DNA of 35,783 bases from Barthelona sp. PAP020 (lineage: Eukaryota), in NCBI GenBank assembly GCA_040182905.1, contig JARQWU010000088.1:1-35783 (forward strand), read 5' to 3'. The notes under the pieces are model-generated. The model was not told the origin of the DNA and ran no database searches. It was given only the letters and a program-made list of their open reading frames with translations. Below, piece by piece: positions 10,049-23,000 of this stretch. The translations under genes were made by a program, and so were the position numbers. How positions within the stretch are numbered: the first letter of the stretch is position 1; every line of letters starts with the position of its first letter.

Positions 10049-10564
10049 ATGAAGTTAAAGAACAAAAAATCAATCCTTCAAACATTCTTTTACTGTAGAT
10101 TATTCATTTTTCTATCAAAAGTTTAATCTTGTGTTCAACTTTATTTTATAAGTTGTTTGGACATAAATAATCAAAACTTTATCAACTAGGAGGTTTAATG
10201 ATAGTTTGGTTCTCGCAACCTCCAAAATTTAGCTTAAATAAAGAATCTTTGTCCAATTTTATTTTGTTTTATTTCCAGGTATTAAATGTTTTTATTTGTT
10301 GAAACTTTTTGCCAAAGCAAAAAGTTCGATTCAGAATGAGACTTGATTTGTTGCAACATGTTTAAACTTGATCAATCTATTGAAAAATCCTTTCTTCTTT
10401 AATGTTTTTAAATTAAAGAAAAAGAAAACAAAAAAGATACAAACTGAGCAAATGAGAAAATGTTTATGTATACAATTGAACTTGTGAAAACACAATAAAA
10501 AAATATTCATAATGAAGTTGATCGCAGCAAAGGCTACACCTGAAATAAGAGAGAAAGCAAAAAA

Positions 10565-10784
10565 TTATTTTTTTTGGAATTCAGCACGAATTTTGTTCTC
10601 CAAATCAGAGAACAAGTCATCATCTGCCCAACTTTTGGTAGATTCTGTAATTTTTTTGCTGGTTGAGGAAACATTTACCTTTGTTTCTAAATTAATTAGT
10701 CAAAATCAAAAAGTCAAAGAAACTCCCATTAAATTCTTCAAATTCATCGTCTTCATAAAAAATTCTTGGATTTAAATCACTCAT
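10565..10784 (-). CDS. SEM1: SEM1/DSS1 (proteasome lid / TREX-2 / BRCA2 partner), 60 aa; join(10724..10784, 10565..10686)
   Basis: Spliced product MSDLNPRIFYEDDEFEEFNGKTKVNVSSTSKKITESTKSWADDDLFSDLENKIRAEFQKK has the EDDEFEEF, W-x-DDD and C-terminal [IL]RAE motifs of DSS1/Sem1. Absent from the ORF track. Confidence 0.9.
10687..10723 (-). other. 37-nt spliceosomal intron, phase 1
   Basis: GTTTCTTTGACTTTTTGATTTTGACTAATTAATTTAG. GT...AG ends, CTAAT branch-like motif, contains an in-frame TAA, and removal restores the DSS1 motifs in one frame. Confidence 0.85.
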
Positions 10785-11037
10785 TTAAATTTAAAAAGAA
10801 AATTTCTTCATTCCTAATAATTTTACAGTAAAAGAATCCTGCAAAGTTACGGGGTTTGAATCATAATTTTCACTATAAAAATTCATCAAATAGAAACAAG
10901 ATTCATGGTTTCATAACAATGTGAAAAATGTCGAAATCTTTACAGAAAAAAAATTAACAAACAAATCTTTACAAAAAACATTCAGAAAAAATAAACAGGG
11001 TATATTGATGAAATTACACACACAAAGAAATTGACAC

Positions 11038-14000
11038 TTATTTCTTTCCTTTCAAGAAAAATACCCATTCTAAATCTTCAACACTCACAGTTAGCCTACC
11101 CATTGCTTCTGGTAAACCACCTTTATAAGTTACTTGAATGTTGCCATTTGCTTTTGCACCAAAAGTCTCAGTATTTTTACAACTAAACATTGAATTATCC
11201 ATACGCAAAGTATACTCACATTGATGGTTAAAGATGTTGTGGAAAGGGATTGAAGCAGTGCCTTTTACTAAAATAGGACCAACAGGTTTTGGGAATTGAC
11301 TAATACCTGTTAGAGGAACGATGAATGAACTTGTTTGAGGTGAATTAATAATACAAGTCGCTCTAAAAGTACCAATTGAGCTTGGCTCAAATCTGATCAT
11401 TGGAGTGATAAACGGTTGTGTTTCTTTGCTGGAAATATTGTATGATGTTTGATCCAAACTAAAAGAAGAAGCTCCAGGGCCTTCAATTTTAACAGATAAT
11501 TGGGCTGTGCCACTTGAAAGAGGGTTCTTAATTTTTGGCATTTGAGAAGTAATAGATCCCAATGAACATCTGAAGGAAACAGTAGGTTCTGGAAGAGGTG
11601 ATAAAGGAACTAAATCAAGTAAATAAATAATTGATCCTAAATGTTCAGAGAATAACGTTAACTTGCATTGAGATGGACTCTCTTTCTGTGGAATGTAGCG
11701 AATGTTGAAAGAAAACTCTCTTCGACCTTGAATTAATTGGAGTTCATTGGGATATTCTATTTCTTCATTATTGTCACACGTTAATTTGAAGATAGTAGCA
11801 GTTCTCAAGGGATTATCAAGAACTATGGCATGTTCAATCGATTTTCTCAATGGTGTCTCCATTTTAATGGGACCAATAGGTTCAGGTTCAGAAACACTAA
11901 CTTCTAAAGGTAATTCAATAAATTGATTGCTCGATCTATTCATAAATTTGAACCAAATTTTGAATTTACCTGGTTTAAAGCTGTTTAATTGAAGAATAAA
12001 ACTCTTTGTCATGTTACCAGGAACATCAATCATTGGAGGACAACTAAAACGAATGATTTTGGATTTTATGGTGTCCAAAATATCAGTAACGGGAACATAA
12101 TCATCTACAACGACAGCATCTTGATCAATATTATGTAAGTCTTCAAATTTACATAGAATGGCAAATCTTTGCAATTGGTTCAACCAATTATTTAGGGAAA
12201 TCCTGTGTGATATGGAAGATTGAGCAGCAAATTCAACCTTTTCACAAGGTAAAGGTTCAGGAATCATTCCTGTTCCCTCAATATTAAGAGAAAATGCTTC
12301 ACCTGAAGGTAAGGGTAAGAACAATGAAGCTTTTGACACAGAAACACTCTTTGGTGAAAATTCAATTTGAACGTTAAAATCTTTTCCATGAACAATTTCA
12401 ACCTGTGAAGGAACATTGAAATCATCAATGTCACCCTGTAGAACCAAAGGAATGTGATATTTTCCCTCTGTTCTTATACCTAAACTTGTTGTATTTAAAG
12501 TAATGTTAGCTGATGTCTTTTCTCGAACCTTACATTCCATTTTCACCAATTCAACATTATCTGGTTCGATAGCAATACAAGAACCATTAATCAACAAAGG
12601 AATTGCACTTAATTGAGGATTATCAAAATTGAAATTGATTACTGTTGACATGGAATTATTGACACTCTTTGGATTGAAATCAATTGTAAGAATAAAGTGT
12701 TCAGATGGTGAAATGTAACCTTTTCTTGGACTAATGTCAAATACATCACTCTTCAAATCCACTTCAAAACTAAAAGGTAAATCACCATAATTATGAATTG
12801 GTAATTGTCTTTGAACTGAATTGCCCAAAACAACTGGTGCAAAAGTAATACTTTCCATATCAATCTTTGCTTCGTAACCAATTGATCGACCGGAAAATTG
12901 AATGATACGTTTTGACATTCCACAAAATTCAGCGATTAACCAAGCATCTATTGTGGCCAATCGTTTATCAGGTGTAAAATCAATGTTAATTTGTTTAGAA
13001 CTACGAGGTGGAATAATTATCTCTTCAACGTTAACTTTAAACTTATCTAAAAGAGAAGAAATGGTTGAACCTATTTGGAATTGAGTTTTGATAGGTAATA
13101 AGGTTTGGTTTAACAATTCAAAGGTGTTGCCGGTGGTTTGATTGACTCTCACATTATTGTATCTGTGATTCAATGTTTCAAGAATAGTTTCACTACCAAC
13201 AGCTTTAATCAATAATTCAGGTTCCAAACATTGGGCTAAAACGCTAACATTAACAGTTGACAATCCTTCATTAATCTTAAAAGGAATTACGTAACTGAAT
13301 TTTCCAGTTTCCGTTCCAACAAAACGAATATCAAATGTTTTTTCCTCAGCAGGACTCAACGTCAATGGAGCCAAATTATGTTCAATCCACCCGGGCAATT
13401 TAGAAGGGATATCAATGAAGATTAAATTAGTATCATCATTTCTTAGCGTTAAATTAATTATTTCAGGAGTAACTTCAGGTTTAACGGTGAAAATTTTGCC
13501 AAAATTTAAAACTTTTGAAGAGAAATGTATTTTTGGTTTTTTAATTATACCAACAAAATTCAGAGCATAACGAATATCATCTGAAGGTCCAATGGTAATG
13601 AAACATCGAATTTTATCATTTTCAACCATAGTTAATTCTTTGGTTGTATTTATGGTAAATGAACAATTAATTTCCTCATTTGGTTGAATTATTCCACCAT
13701 TCGTTGTGGGAATTATCGTCTTGTATTTTAACTTCAGTTGATCCAATGATGATTTACCAATCTTATTGCCAACCTTTTTCAAGGCATTTTCAAAATTGGT
13801 CATCAATTTGTAATTTAGAGGTACAATACCATTATTTCTAACCTTAAATGGTGTTGCCATTGTTTGATTCAATTGTAACATTCCGAAATCAATAGTATTT
13901 ACCTTATTTGGTGATAATAATTGAGGTTGCTTGTCAGGCATTGTGAGAAACACTTTTTCATCAATCAAGAAACCTTGACCCTTGATATTTAATCTTAACT

Positions 14001-17000
14001 TGCCAGATTTGTGTGGAATAGAAATAATTGAATTGAAATTGCTCAATTTTTGACTGGTAGGTGTGAAGAATATCTTCAATTCAGCTTCACCATTGGAAGG
14101 AATTGTTCCATGCTCAGGTTCAATCTTGATAACTTCACAACGATTTTCATCAAGCAATATTGAATTCTCAATGCTGAATGAATATGGGAAAGATTCATCA
14201 TTATGTATTTTAACAGTTTCAACTAAAGTCTTTTCAATCAAAACTGATCCAAAATTGACACTGTTTTTGCTCAAATACAATTGAGACTCCATAGAACTAC
14301 CAATCAATAAGAATTTTTGGCTGATTTTCTGTTGTGGAATTATAAATTCCCACACACTTAATTTCATGCTTAATGTCGATGGTCTGTATTCAAAAACAGT
14401 CCTTGATAATTTACCAGGTTCAATACGTCCTTGTGGTGTTTTCAATACAAACTCTTGACTGGCAATGCTATTTTTAGTCCGAATAATCACTTCACCAGAC
14501 ACATTATCCAAACATCTCCATTGATAGTCATAAGTTCTACCCGTAGGATTAATGATATTAAAAGCCAAAGTTTTAATGACATTAATGCCTCTAGATTCCA
14601 AACGTATGATGTTATAATTCTTGAGAATATCCAAATTCCATGGTTTTCCATCAGGCAAACTGGAACAACCTTCAGCCAAAGCATCATTAGCAGAAATAAA
14701 TTCAGTTTCAAAATGACACAAAGGACGTAAAGTTTCAGCATCAAAAGGTATTTCTAATTGAGAATATCCATCAGCCAAATTAGATATGTTTGCTACAAAA
14801 GTGAATGCATTGTCATGGACTTCCAAAGGTGAAAAACGAACCTCAAAATCAACTTGCATGTCTGAACCAATATGACCAGCACGGGGACTAATTGTATAAG
14901 GAACAATACCATATTCATTGTTCAAATTTGTTGCAAAACATGTCCAATCATAAGATAATGTGGTTTTTGATATGTTCTTAACAGAAAAATTGAAAATTCT
15001 TGATTGATACATGTAAGTACGTTTAAATTTAACAAAACCTTTCGATTCTAAACGTTGACTAACGTTTGAGTCCAATTCATACTTACAAAAATCACAATTT
15101 GCATTCAAAGTAAGGTCAATGCTTGCAGGTTCCTTCAAACTAGAAAATTCAGGTTCATTCACCTTCATAACCACTTCAAACGGTTCATCAGACTCCAAAT
15201 CAACATCATCTGGAATTTCAAATCCAATTGAACCACTTCCCTTTGAAGAATCTTTTTTACCTTTCTTTCCCTTCTTGGATGTTTTCTCAAGCTTCTCAGT
15301 TTGATTCTTCAATTCCAAAAATTCCTGGGGAGTAAACCATTTTGTAGTTGTGAGTTCATTGTTCCAATCCCCATTTAATGTGACAGCTTCATCATCAATC
15401 TTAATAGTTTGAACCATAATGGGAATAATTACTTTACTAAGATCAATGGGTGTTGTAGGATTAACAGATAAAGACAGTTGACTTGAAGCCTTTGCAGAAA
15501 TATGACCCATTGTGGGACTAACTTTAATACACTCACAATTTAACTGTTGATTAATCTCAGCAATAGAAGACGTGTTTATAGCAAATCTTTGAACATCATT
15601 TGAAGTGTTAATCAGATCAAAAGTCTGTTCATGCATTTCATTCATGCTTAAATCCTTAAATGTCAATTCTTCTTTCGATAATTCAACAGGGCTCAATAAA
15701 ATAAGAGCTGTTAAAGGAATATAAAGAGTATTGAATGGATTCTTTTCAATTTCGATCTTCAAATATGCATTAACAATAGATCTTAATATATTAGAACCAT
15801 CATCTTCAGGTAAAGGAGCTTTATTTGGATCAAACTCAATATTAACCTTCATATTATGGCCAACACTTAATTTCATCAATTGTGAACTGCCAACACCTAA
15901 ACTAAACCCATTCAATCTGGATAAACCTTGTGTTTCATCATCCAAATCAGAAATAAAACTGATATTCAATCTAGCCTCAACATAGCCTTTATTTTCAACA
16001 TACAAACATCTTTCAGATCTTTTCATGTGGGAAATAATAGGGAAAGCCAATTGATTTTGAACATTTGTTGGTTCAGTAACTTCGTTAGTTTTTCCTTTTG
16101 CCTTAGGCTTAACTTTAGCAGCATTCAAATCACGTTTCTGTTGCAAATATGAAAATGCTTTTGTTGATAAATCCACATCATCATACTGTACAGAACAAAC
16201 GGGTAAAATACCTTCTCCAACAATATCAATTGAAGAAACTAAATTCTTTTCACTTCCTTTGGAAACAACGTAAATATCCAAAATATTTGTATAAGTTTGC
16301 AAATTTTTTGGAGAAAACTTAATTGGGATGTATTTTGTTTCATAACTATTGAGGAATAATGAATCTTCCTCAATTTGGAAAATAACATCCTCTGACATTT
16401 CTTTATGTCCAGATTTAGGTCTTCTACTTGATTTTTTACCAGTGTTAACTTCCGTAACTTCATTATGAGAACGTAAAACAAACAAAACTTGAGTTTCAAT
16501 TTTGGCAATATTATGAACACATAAATTGAAACTTGAACTTGTTCCAAGCATTACATGACCAATATTAAACATTTGATCTTCAATAAAGGCAGTCAAATTG
16601 GGTAAAACATTTGATTCAACAATACTAGTATTGTTAACAATGTTATTACCTTCAAACAATTTATTAATACTTGTATCAATCATACCATCACATCCTTGAC
16701 CTCTCAAAATGAACTTATAGCCATACATATCTTCAGTGATTTCACGGTTTTCTGCTAAGGCAAAGATTCTCTCAGTATCAATCTTCGAATAATCAACACG
16801 ACAATATAAAGCACTGTTCCATAAAGCACTTTCTTTTTCAACAATTGTATCTTGATCAATATACTTTCTTGATGGATTAAATGTTACATTAATCATTTGG
16901 AAAGCATTGGCAGGAACTTCAATACATGCTGGACTTATTGTGTAAGGTCCAATTGATATTGAATCCAAATTATCATCATTAACACCTTTTTTACTACTTT

Positions 17001-20000
17001 TTCCAGTTTTACTTTTCTTTTTATCATCTAATTGTTCAATTTCATCATTACCTTCGATAATCATCTTTTTAGATAAAAATGTACAATTGAAAGCAAATTG
17101 TCCTTGATTATGCAATTCAAATGTTCTTGAAATAGTACTTTCAAAAGATAATGGACCAAAATTTAAAGTATTTTTAGGATTAAGCGAAAATAATGAATAA
17201 ATAGCTTCACAAGTAATGAATAATGGTATTGAACCAACTTTTTCATTACTTTGTTCATCATATAATGTAATATTTATCTCATTGCTCTGATTTAGTTTAA
17301 GTTTACGAACAGGACTCCATTCAATCTCCAAATCAAATTCATTGATACCAGAATCTTCATTCTTTGTTTTCTTAGCTTTTTTACCAGCAGTTTGAGCTTG
17401 TGATACAGGTTGTAATACAGATTCTAAGTTAGAAATCTTAATACAGTTGGTAAATTCACTATTTCGTTGATTAACTACAAATTTAAGGGGATAAATACCT
17501 CTGTTCTTTAATCTTAATGTTTTCTTCTTTGTATCTGCAATTCTAACCATACCAAATTGTAAATTGGTATTAGTATTATCAGTGTCATCACTTTTTGGAT
17601 CTGTAGATGAAACAATTACATCAGAAATAGCTCCAACAGATAATACAACTTCATAAATTTCTCCAAAAATATGAATTTTTTCTACTTTACAAACAAAAGC
17701 TTTTTCTCTATTTTCATCATCTGCAGAAAATGTTGAGAGATAAGGTTGATTCAAGGTGAATATGCAATCCAACTCAAAATCAAATTGTTGAGCTTTTTCA
17801 CTGCTTGTAATGATCTTAATATCTTTCTTTTCATTTCTTTTTAAAATTCCAGCAGTTTCAGAAAGAGTTTGACAAGGCAATTCACTAGAATCATTTGAAG
17901 GCTTCAATTCGAAATTAACTGGAGAATTTCCATCATTGCTTATTGTAATTGTCTTTATAACAGAACGCTCAACTAGTACACGACCAAAATCTAATTCTTT
18001 TTCACTAACTGAAGGTTTAGGATAAGCGCCAATACCCATCAATTTAATACGATGTTGAACTTCAGTGTCTTTAATGAAAACAATCAAATTTTCAAAAATA
18101 CGTCCCATATATTGAGGGACAAACCAAACATACAATTTAAAATCAGTTTTTGGTTCAATTTCAATATTCTGATGACTTAAATAGAAAGATGCACACTTTG
18201 AATGTTCACGATTCTTTTCCAACAGTGAAAATGATCCTTCATTCATGGCATCAGAAATTTCATTGTTATTTCCAGTCTTTGTCGTACGTTTACCCTTCTT
18301 TGATTCAGGTTGAACGGACGGTATCAAATTTGCATCCAATACACTGCTCATTTGATATGCCAAACCTTTGCTATTATATCCCAAACCATCATTTGAAAAA
18401 CGAATATTAACGTTTGTGTGGAACTCAGTAGGATTTCTCAATGTAATCAAATGGCAACCTTTAATGTTTGAATTTTGAATAAAATATTGTAAACCATTGT
18501 AACCGCTGTAAACTGGAGTAAATGGATCTATAATAGCATTACCAGAAACAGGAACAAGATCAAAATACAAATAATTTTGTCGTTTGTCAAAACGAACTTC
18601 AATAAAAGATTGTTTCAATCTTATCACTTGCCCAAGAATGCTCTTTTCATTATCATCTTCAATATCAGCCATATTATTCAATGAGTCAATCGTAAGATCC
18701 TTTTCTTGCATGTATTGTGCAACTGCTTCCGAATGAATGAATTCATTAATGTTGTTCATGTTGAATTGCTGTCCCACAATCTTTTGTAATTGAATGAAAT
18801 GTTGATACAACTCAGTCGTCCAAAATACATTGATGGCCTTCTTCATAATATCATGTTTCCCAAACATTACCGAGTTATCAAAAATAACTGTTGGTGATTC
18901 ACATTTGGCATGTAAGCTAACTTGATGCAATAAACTCAGCTTGTATTCTCTTGTTTCCAAAAATCTAACATTATTTTTCAATGCCAAATATTTGCTGGGT
19001 CTGAAATTCATTACCAAATCGAAAGTAAATGCATCCAGAGGAAGCAAATAGGCGGGTAAGAAATGTAAATTCAAATTGAATTCATTTAAATCATCAGATC
19101 TGAACTCAATAGTTAATTTTAATGTTTCACCTGCCTTGATCAACCAAGAATTTTGATTTTCTTCAGAATTTGATTCAGAAAATATCTTAAAAGCCAAAGA
19201 AACAGAGGTGTTTACAAAATTAAAGGGATTTTCCAAACCTTTATCTGTTTTAGAAATGATTAAATCATTTTCTTCAATGTTTTCTTCATTGCGTTTTTGT
19301 ACTTCTCTAAAGGTTTCTCTGGCAGTTAAAGGTGGTTTTAAACGATTTTTTTCTAAGAAATCAATCAAATCATCAATAAAAATCATTTCTTCATTTTCAA
19401 GACCATAAACAATGGTCGTAGCGTTAGAAGAAATATCTTTCCCAGCTTCACTGACAATATTTAAACCAGTAGTAACATCATCAATATCTGCTTTTAAAAT
19501 TTCAATATTTTCTTTGTTTGAATCCAGAATAACTTCATCACTATCTTCGTATTCTTCTAAAGCTTCTTTCATTTCATCACTATCAGTTTTACCTTTATGT
19601 CTTTCAGCTTCTTCTAATTTCATTTGACGTTTCAATTCTAATTCTGCTTCATGAGCAAGAAGTTCCTTTTTATGATCAGCAATCAACTCATTTAAAACCT
19701 TACCATTATAACTACTGACTAATTGAGCTTCTTGATATAATACTTCACACAATTTTAAGGATGATCTATTTGTAGGTTCACTATGCATCAAAGGAATACC
19801 TTTTAAAAAATAAGAATCAATAGGATTAACTTCTTGTTGAGGTTCTACTATTGGTTCAGGTTCAGGTTCGTTTTTATTTTTGGATTTTCTTGCACTTTTT
19901 TTTCCTTTTTTAACATTAACAGGTTCAACAATAACTTCTTCTTTTGGTTGATTCTTTAAATCAATAGCAATTTGTTCTTTTTCAATGAAATCAATTAATT

Positions 20001-23000
20001 CATCCTTGATGGTATCTAAATATTTAATTAATTTATTTGAAACCTTTTCATATCTTAAAGTTATTCTTGATTCACCTTCAACTATATCTTTTTGTTTCAA
20101 AGGTAATTTATCAAATTCTTCTTCATCTAAATAATCAAATTTCATGAATTGTCTGGCATTTTCCTTGAAACTGCTAAGATTATCTATTTCTTGATCAATA
20201 TCATCGATATATTTATATGCAATTGAAATAATATCATCAAATGAAAACATTAAATGAACTTTTTTAAACTTTTCACATAAAGCAAAACTCTCAAAAATTG
20301 CTTTCAAACGAATCAATTGATCATTCATTGAAAAATCAGTTGGATCAAACTTTTCTTTAGAAAATGATTCAGAACTCACTAAAACAGAATTAACATCAAA
20401 ATATTTGGAACGAATATCTTCAAAAATAATACCATTGGAGAATTTTTGTTGATTTAAACCAATAGACAATAATTTAACAAAAATTGAATATTCTAAATAA
20501 GATCTAGAAAACAATTCATAATCAGTACAATCAAAACCAAACAAATTTGCTAAAATCATTGAACTTTCAACTAATCCAAAAAGATTTGCATTCAATTGCC
20601 AAAGTTCATCAGTATCACGTTTCTTTTTTCCTCTTAAACGTTGTTCCTTTTCTAAAATACTTTCTAATGCAGATTCTATTTCATTCGATCCTTTCATAAT
20701 ACAAAGTTCAGAATTTTCAATGTCTGCTAACAAGATTTCATCTAAAATATCATCAATTGTAACAATAGGTAGATTCATATCTTCATATAACTTATCTAGA
20801 ATGGATATTTTCTCTTCACAATTGAAACCCATGCAAATAATATTGACAGAATCATCATTCACACGTTCTAGTTCTACTTGTGGGGTAGAATGAGCAACAG
20901 ATACAGTATTTATAAATGGTACTTGATCACCAACATCATCATAATTAGCTAATCCATCATAATCATAATTTCTACCTTTGTTGAAACTATCATAATTGAA
21001 ACCATCATTCAAATCAATATTATCCTCTTCTTCTTCTTCCATTTGATTATTATCATCAGAAATTGTTGGAGGTAATGTATAACCATTCTTCATCCAAGGC
21101 ATTTGCAATTCCATTGAATTTTCTGGTAATTGTCCAGCGAATTGAGGTTCTTGAACTTTTTTAGTGTCAATAGTTGGGCCTTCTATTTTAAAAGATACTT
21201 TGGTATCTTTCTTTGTTGATTTAGCAGTTCCAGGAGTTTTAGGTGTTTTTCTTCTGGTCTTCATCAAAGGTTTAATTGCTTCAAAGTGATCTTGTAATTC
21301 CAAACAAGCAATTTCCATATCTTCCAAATTGTTATTTTTAATCATCAAGGTTTTAGAAGAAACAAAGCCTCCCTTCTTATCAATATTCTTTTCCTTGGTT
21401 TCAACTTCTTCCAATTCTTTTTGCAACTGTTCAATAATATCCAAACTGGGTTTTTTCTTTTTTGAGTTCTTTTCTTCTTCCTTTTGAATTTTATCCAAAA
21501 TTATTTCCTTTTCTTTTTGGTATTGTTCAGCAATAATGTTACGATTTGAGTAAGGCATTACAGAATCAAAAACTAAGTCTTTATGCAACATTTCAGTAGT
21601 CTCATCAACTGTTTCGTCAATAATTACAAAATCTACTTTATCCACTTCAAATTCAACAGGTATTGTAATTAATCTGTCAGAACCTTCCATTGAAATAACT
21701 AAACTAGTAGTATAATTACCTGAAGCTGGAGGAATAAATTTCAAATATAATTGACATTCTTCTTCAGACTTCAATTGCCCATTCTTACTACTTAAAGACA
21801 CAGTTGATTCAATAGCCATAAAACCATATTTTCCAATTGATGGTTGAAACATTAATTTCTTAACATCAATTGACCAGTTGATAGGAACTGCCGTAGGATT
21901 AAACAATTCTAAAGGTATTTTATACAATTTTTCAGGTAATAAATTTTTTTGTTTGACCTCATTCTGTGACACCATTAAATTTTTCTCATGAATTTTAAAA
22001 CCCATTACAAGACCAAAAGAACTATCAAAATCATTAATTGAAATAGGTAATTCAAACATAAATGATTTAATAACAGTGTTAAAATCAGTTTCTTCCAAAT
22101 TGAAAATCTTATTAGGTGTTTCAGATGAATTATACGAGATTCGAATATCTGTATCTTTACCAGGTGGTAAATTATCAATTCGTAAAGGATTGATAGATAA
22201 ACCATAAAGATGGGTTTGCTTTGAATGTTTGGAAAAATCAATAGAAATATTGCTAACAGATTGATTAGTCAATTTAATAGTTTTTACAACTGTTTCTTTC
22301 AATGATAAATCTCCCATGTTGAGGAAATACCTGAAATACGTGATTTCACGTACATCTACTGAACCAGATTTGTTCCCAATAGCCAAATCAAAATTGTCTT
22401 TGCAAGTTTTCTGTAATTCAGAAATACTGACAAAATCAAAGGCTAATTCATCACAATTGAACCCAATATTATTCCCATATTTTTTAATCTCATTTCTCAT
22501 CCTTAATCTTGGTAAAGGTAATTCAATATAAGGTAAAATGGCTGTACCAGTGATTTTAACTTTAATTGGGTTTAAGTAGTCCAACATAAGATCATAATCA
22601 ACCATAAAATCATCTACCTTATAAGAAATCAGGTCAACTTCAATATCTACTGATTCATTATGATTTAAAACACCTTTAGATGGTTTGATATCAATAAGAA
22701 TATTATTATTGAGAAAATTAGTCGAACTTCTCATAAAATTGAAAGAAAATTTGGATTTTCCAGTATTCATCAAATTTATTGTTTTCTTCTTATGCACACC
22801 AATAAATAAATTGCTAAAATCTAATAACTGATGAGATAACTTATAATTCATCGAAGATGCTTGAGCTTTTAAAAACAATTGATATAATGGTCCACCCTCT
22901 ACTTCCAAAAATAAGGTAGCAGATGAATAAGATTCAGCTGGGGCGCGATATGTCACTTTGATATCCAAAGATTCAAATGGTGCCAAAGTGAATTTGTATG

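Noticed and set aside
10324..10332. GTTCGATTC resembling a tRNA T-loop
   Set aside because: No T-stem, D-arm or acceptor stem can be built around it.
10512..10775. 87-aa plus-strand ORF
   Set aside because: Antisense shadow of the SEM1/DSS1 gene.
11260..11272. GCCTTTTACTAAA matching the U5 snRNA loop I
   Set aside because: It is antisense to HYDIN coding sequence (ILVKGT) and the flanks do not form the closing stem.
12902..22531. Many 60-102 aa ORFs inside HYDIN
   Set aside because: Antisense or off-frame by-products of a long coding sequence, with no independent motifs.
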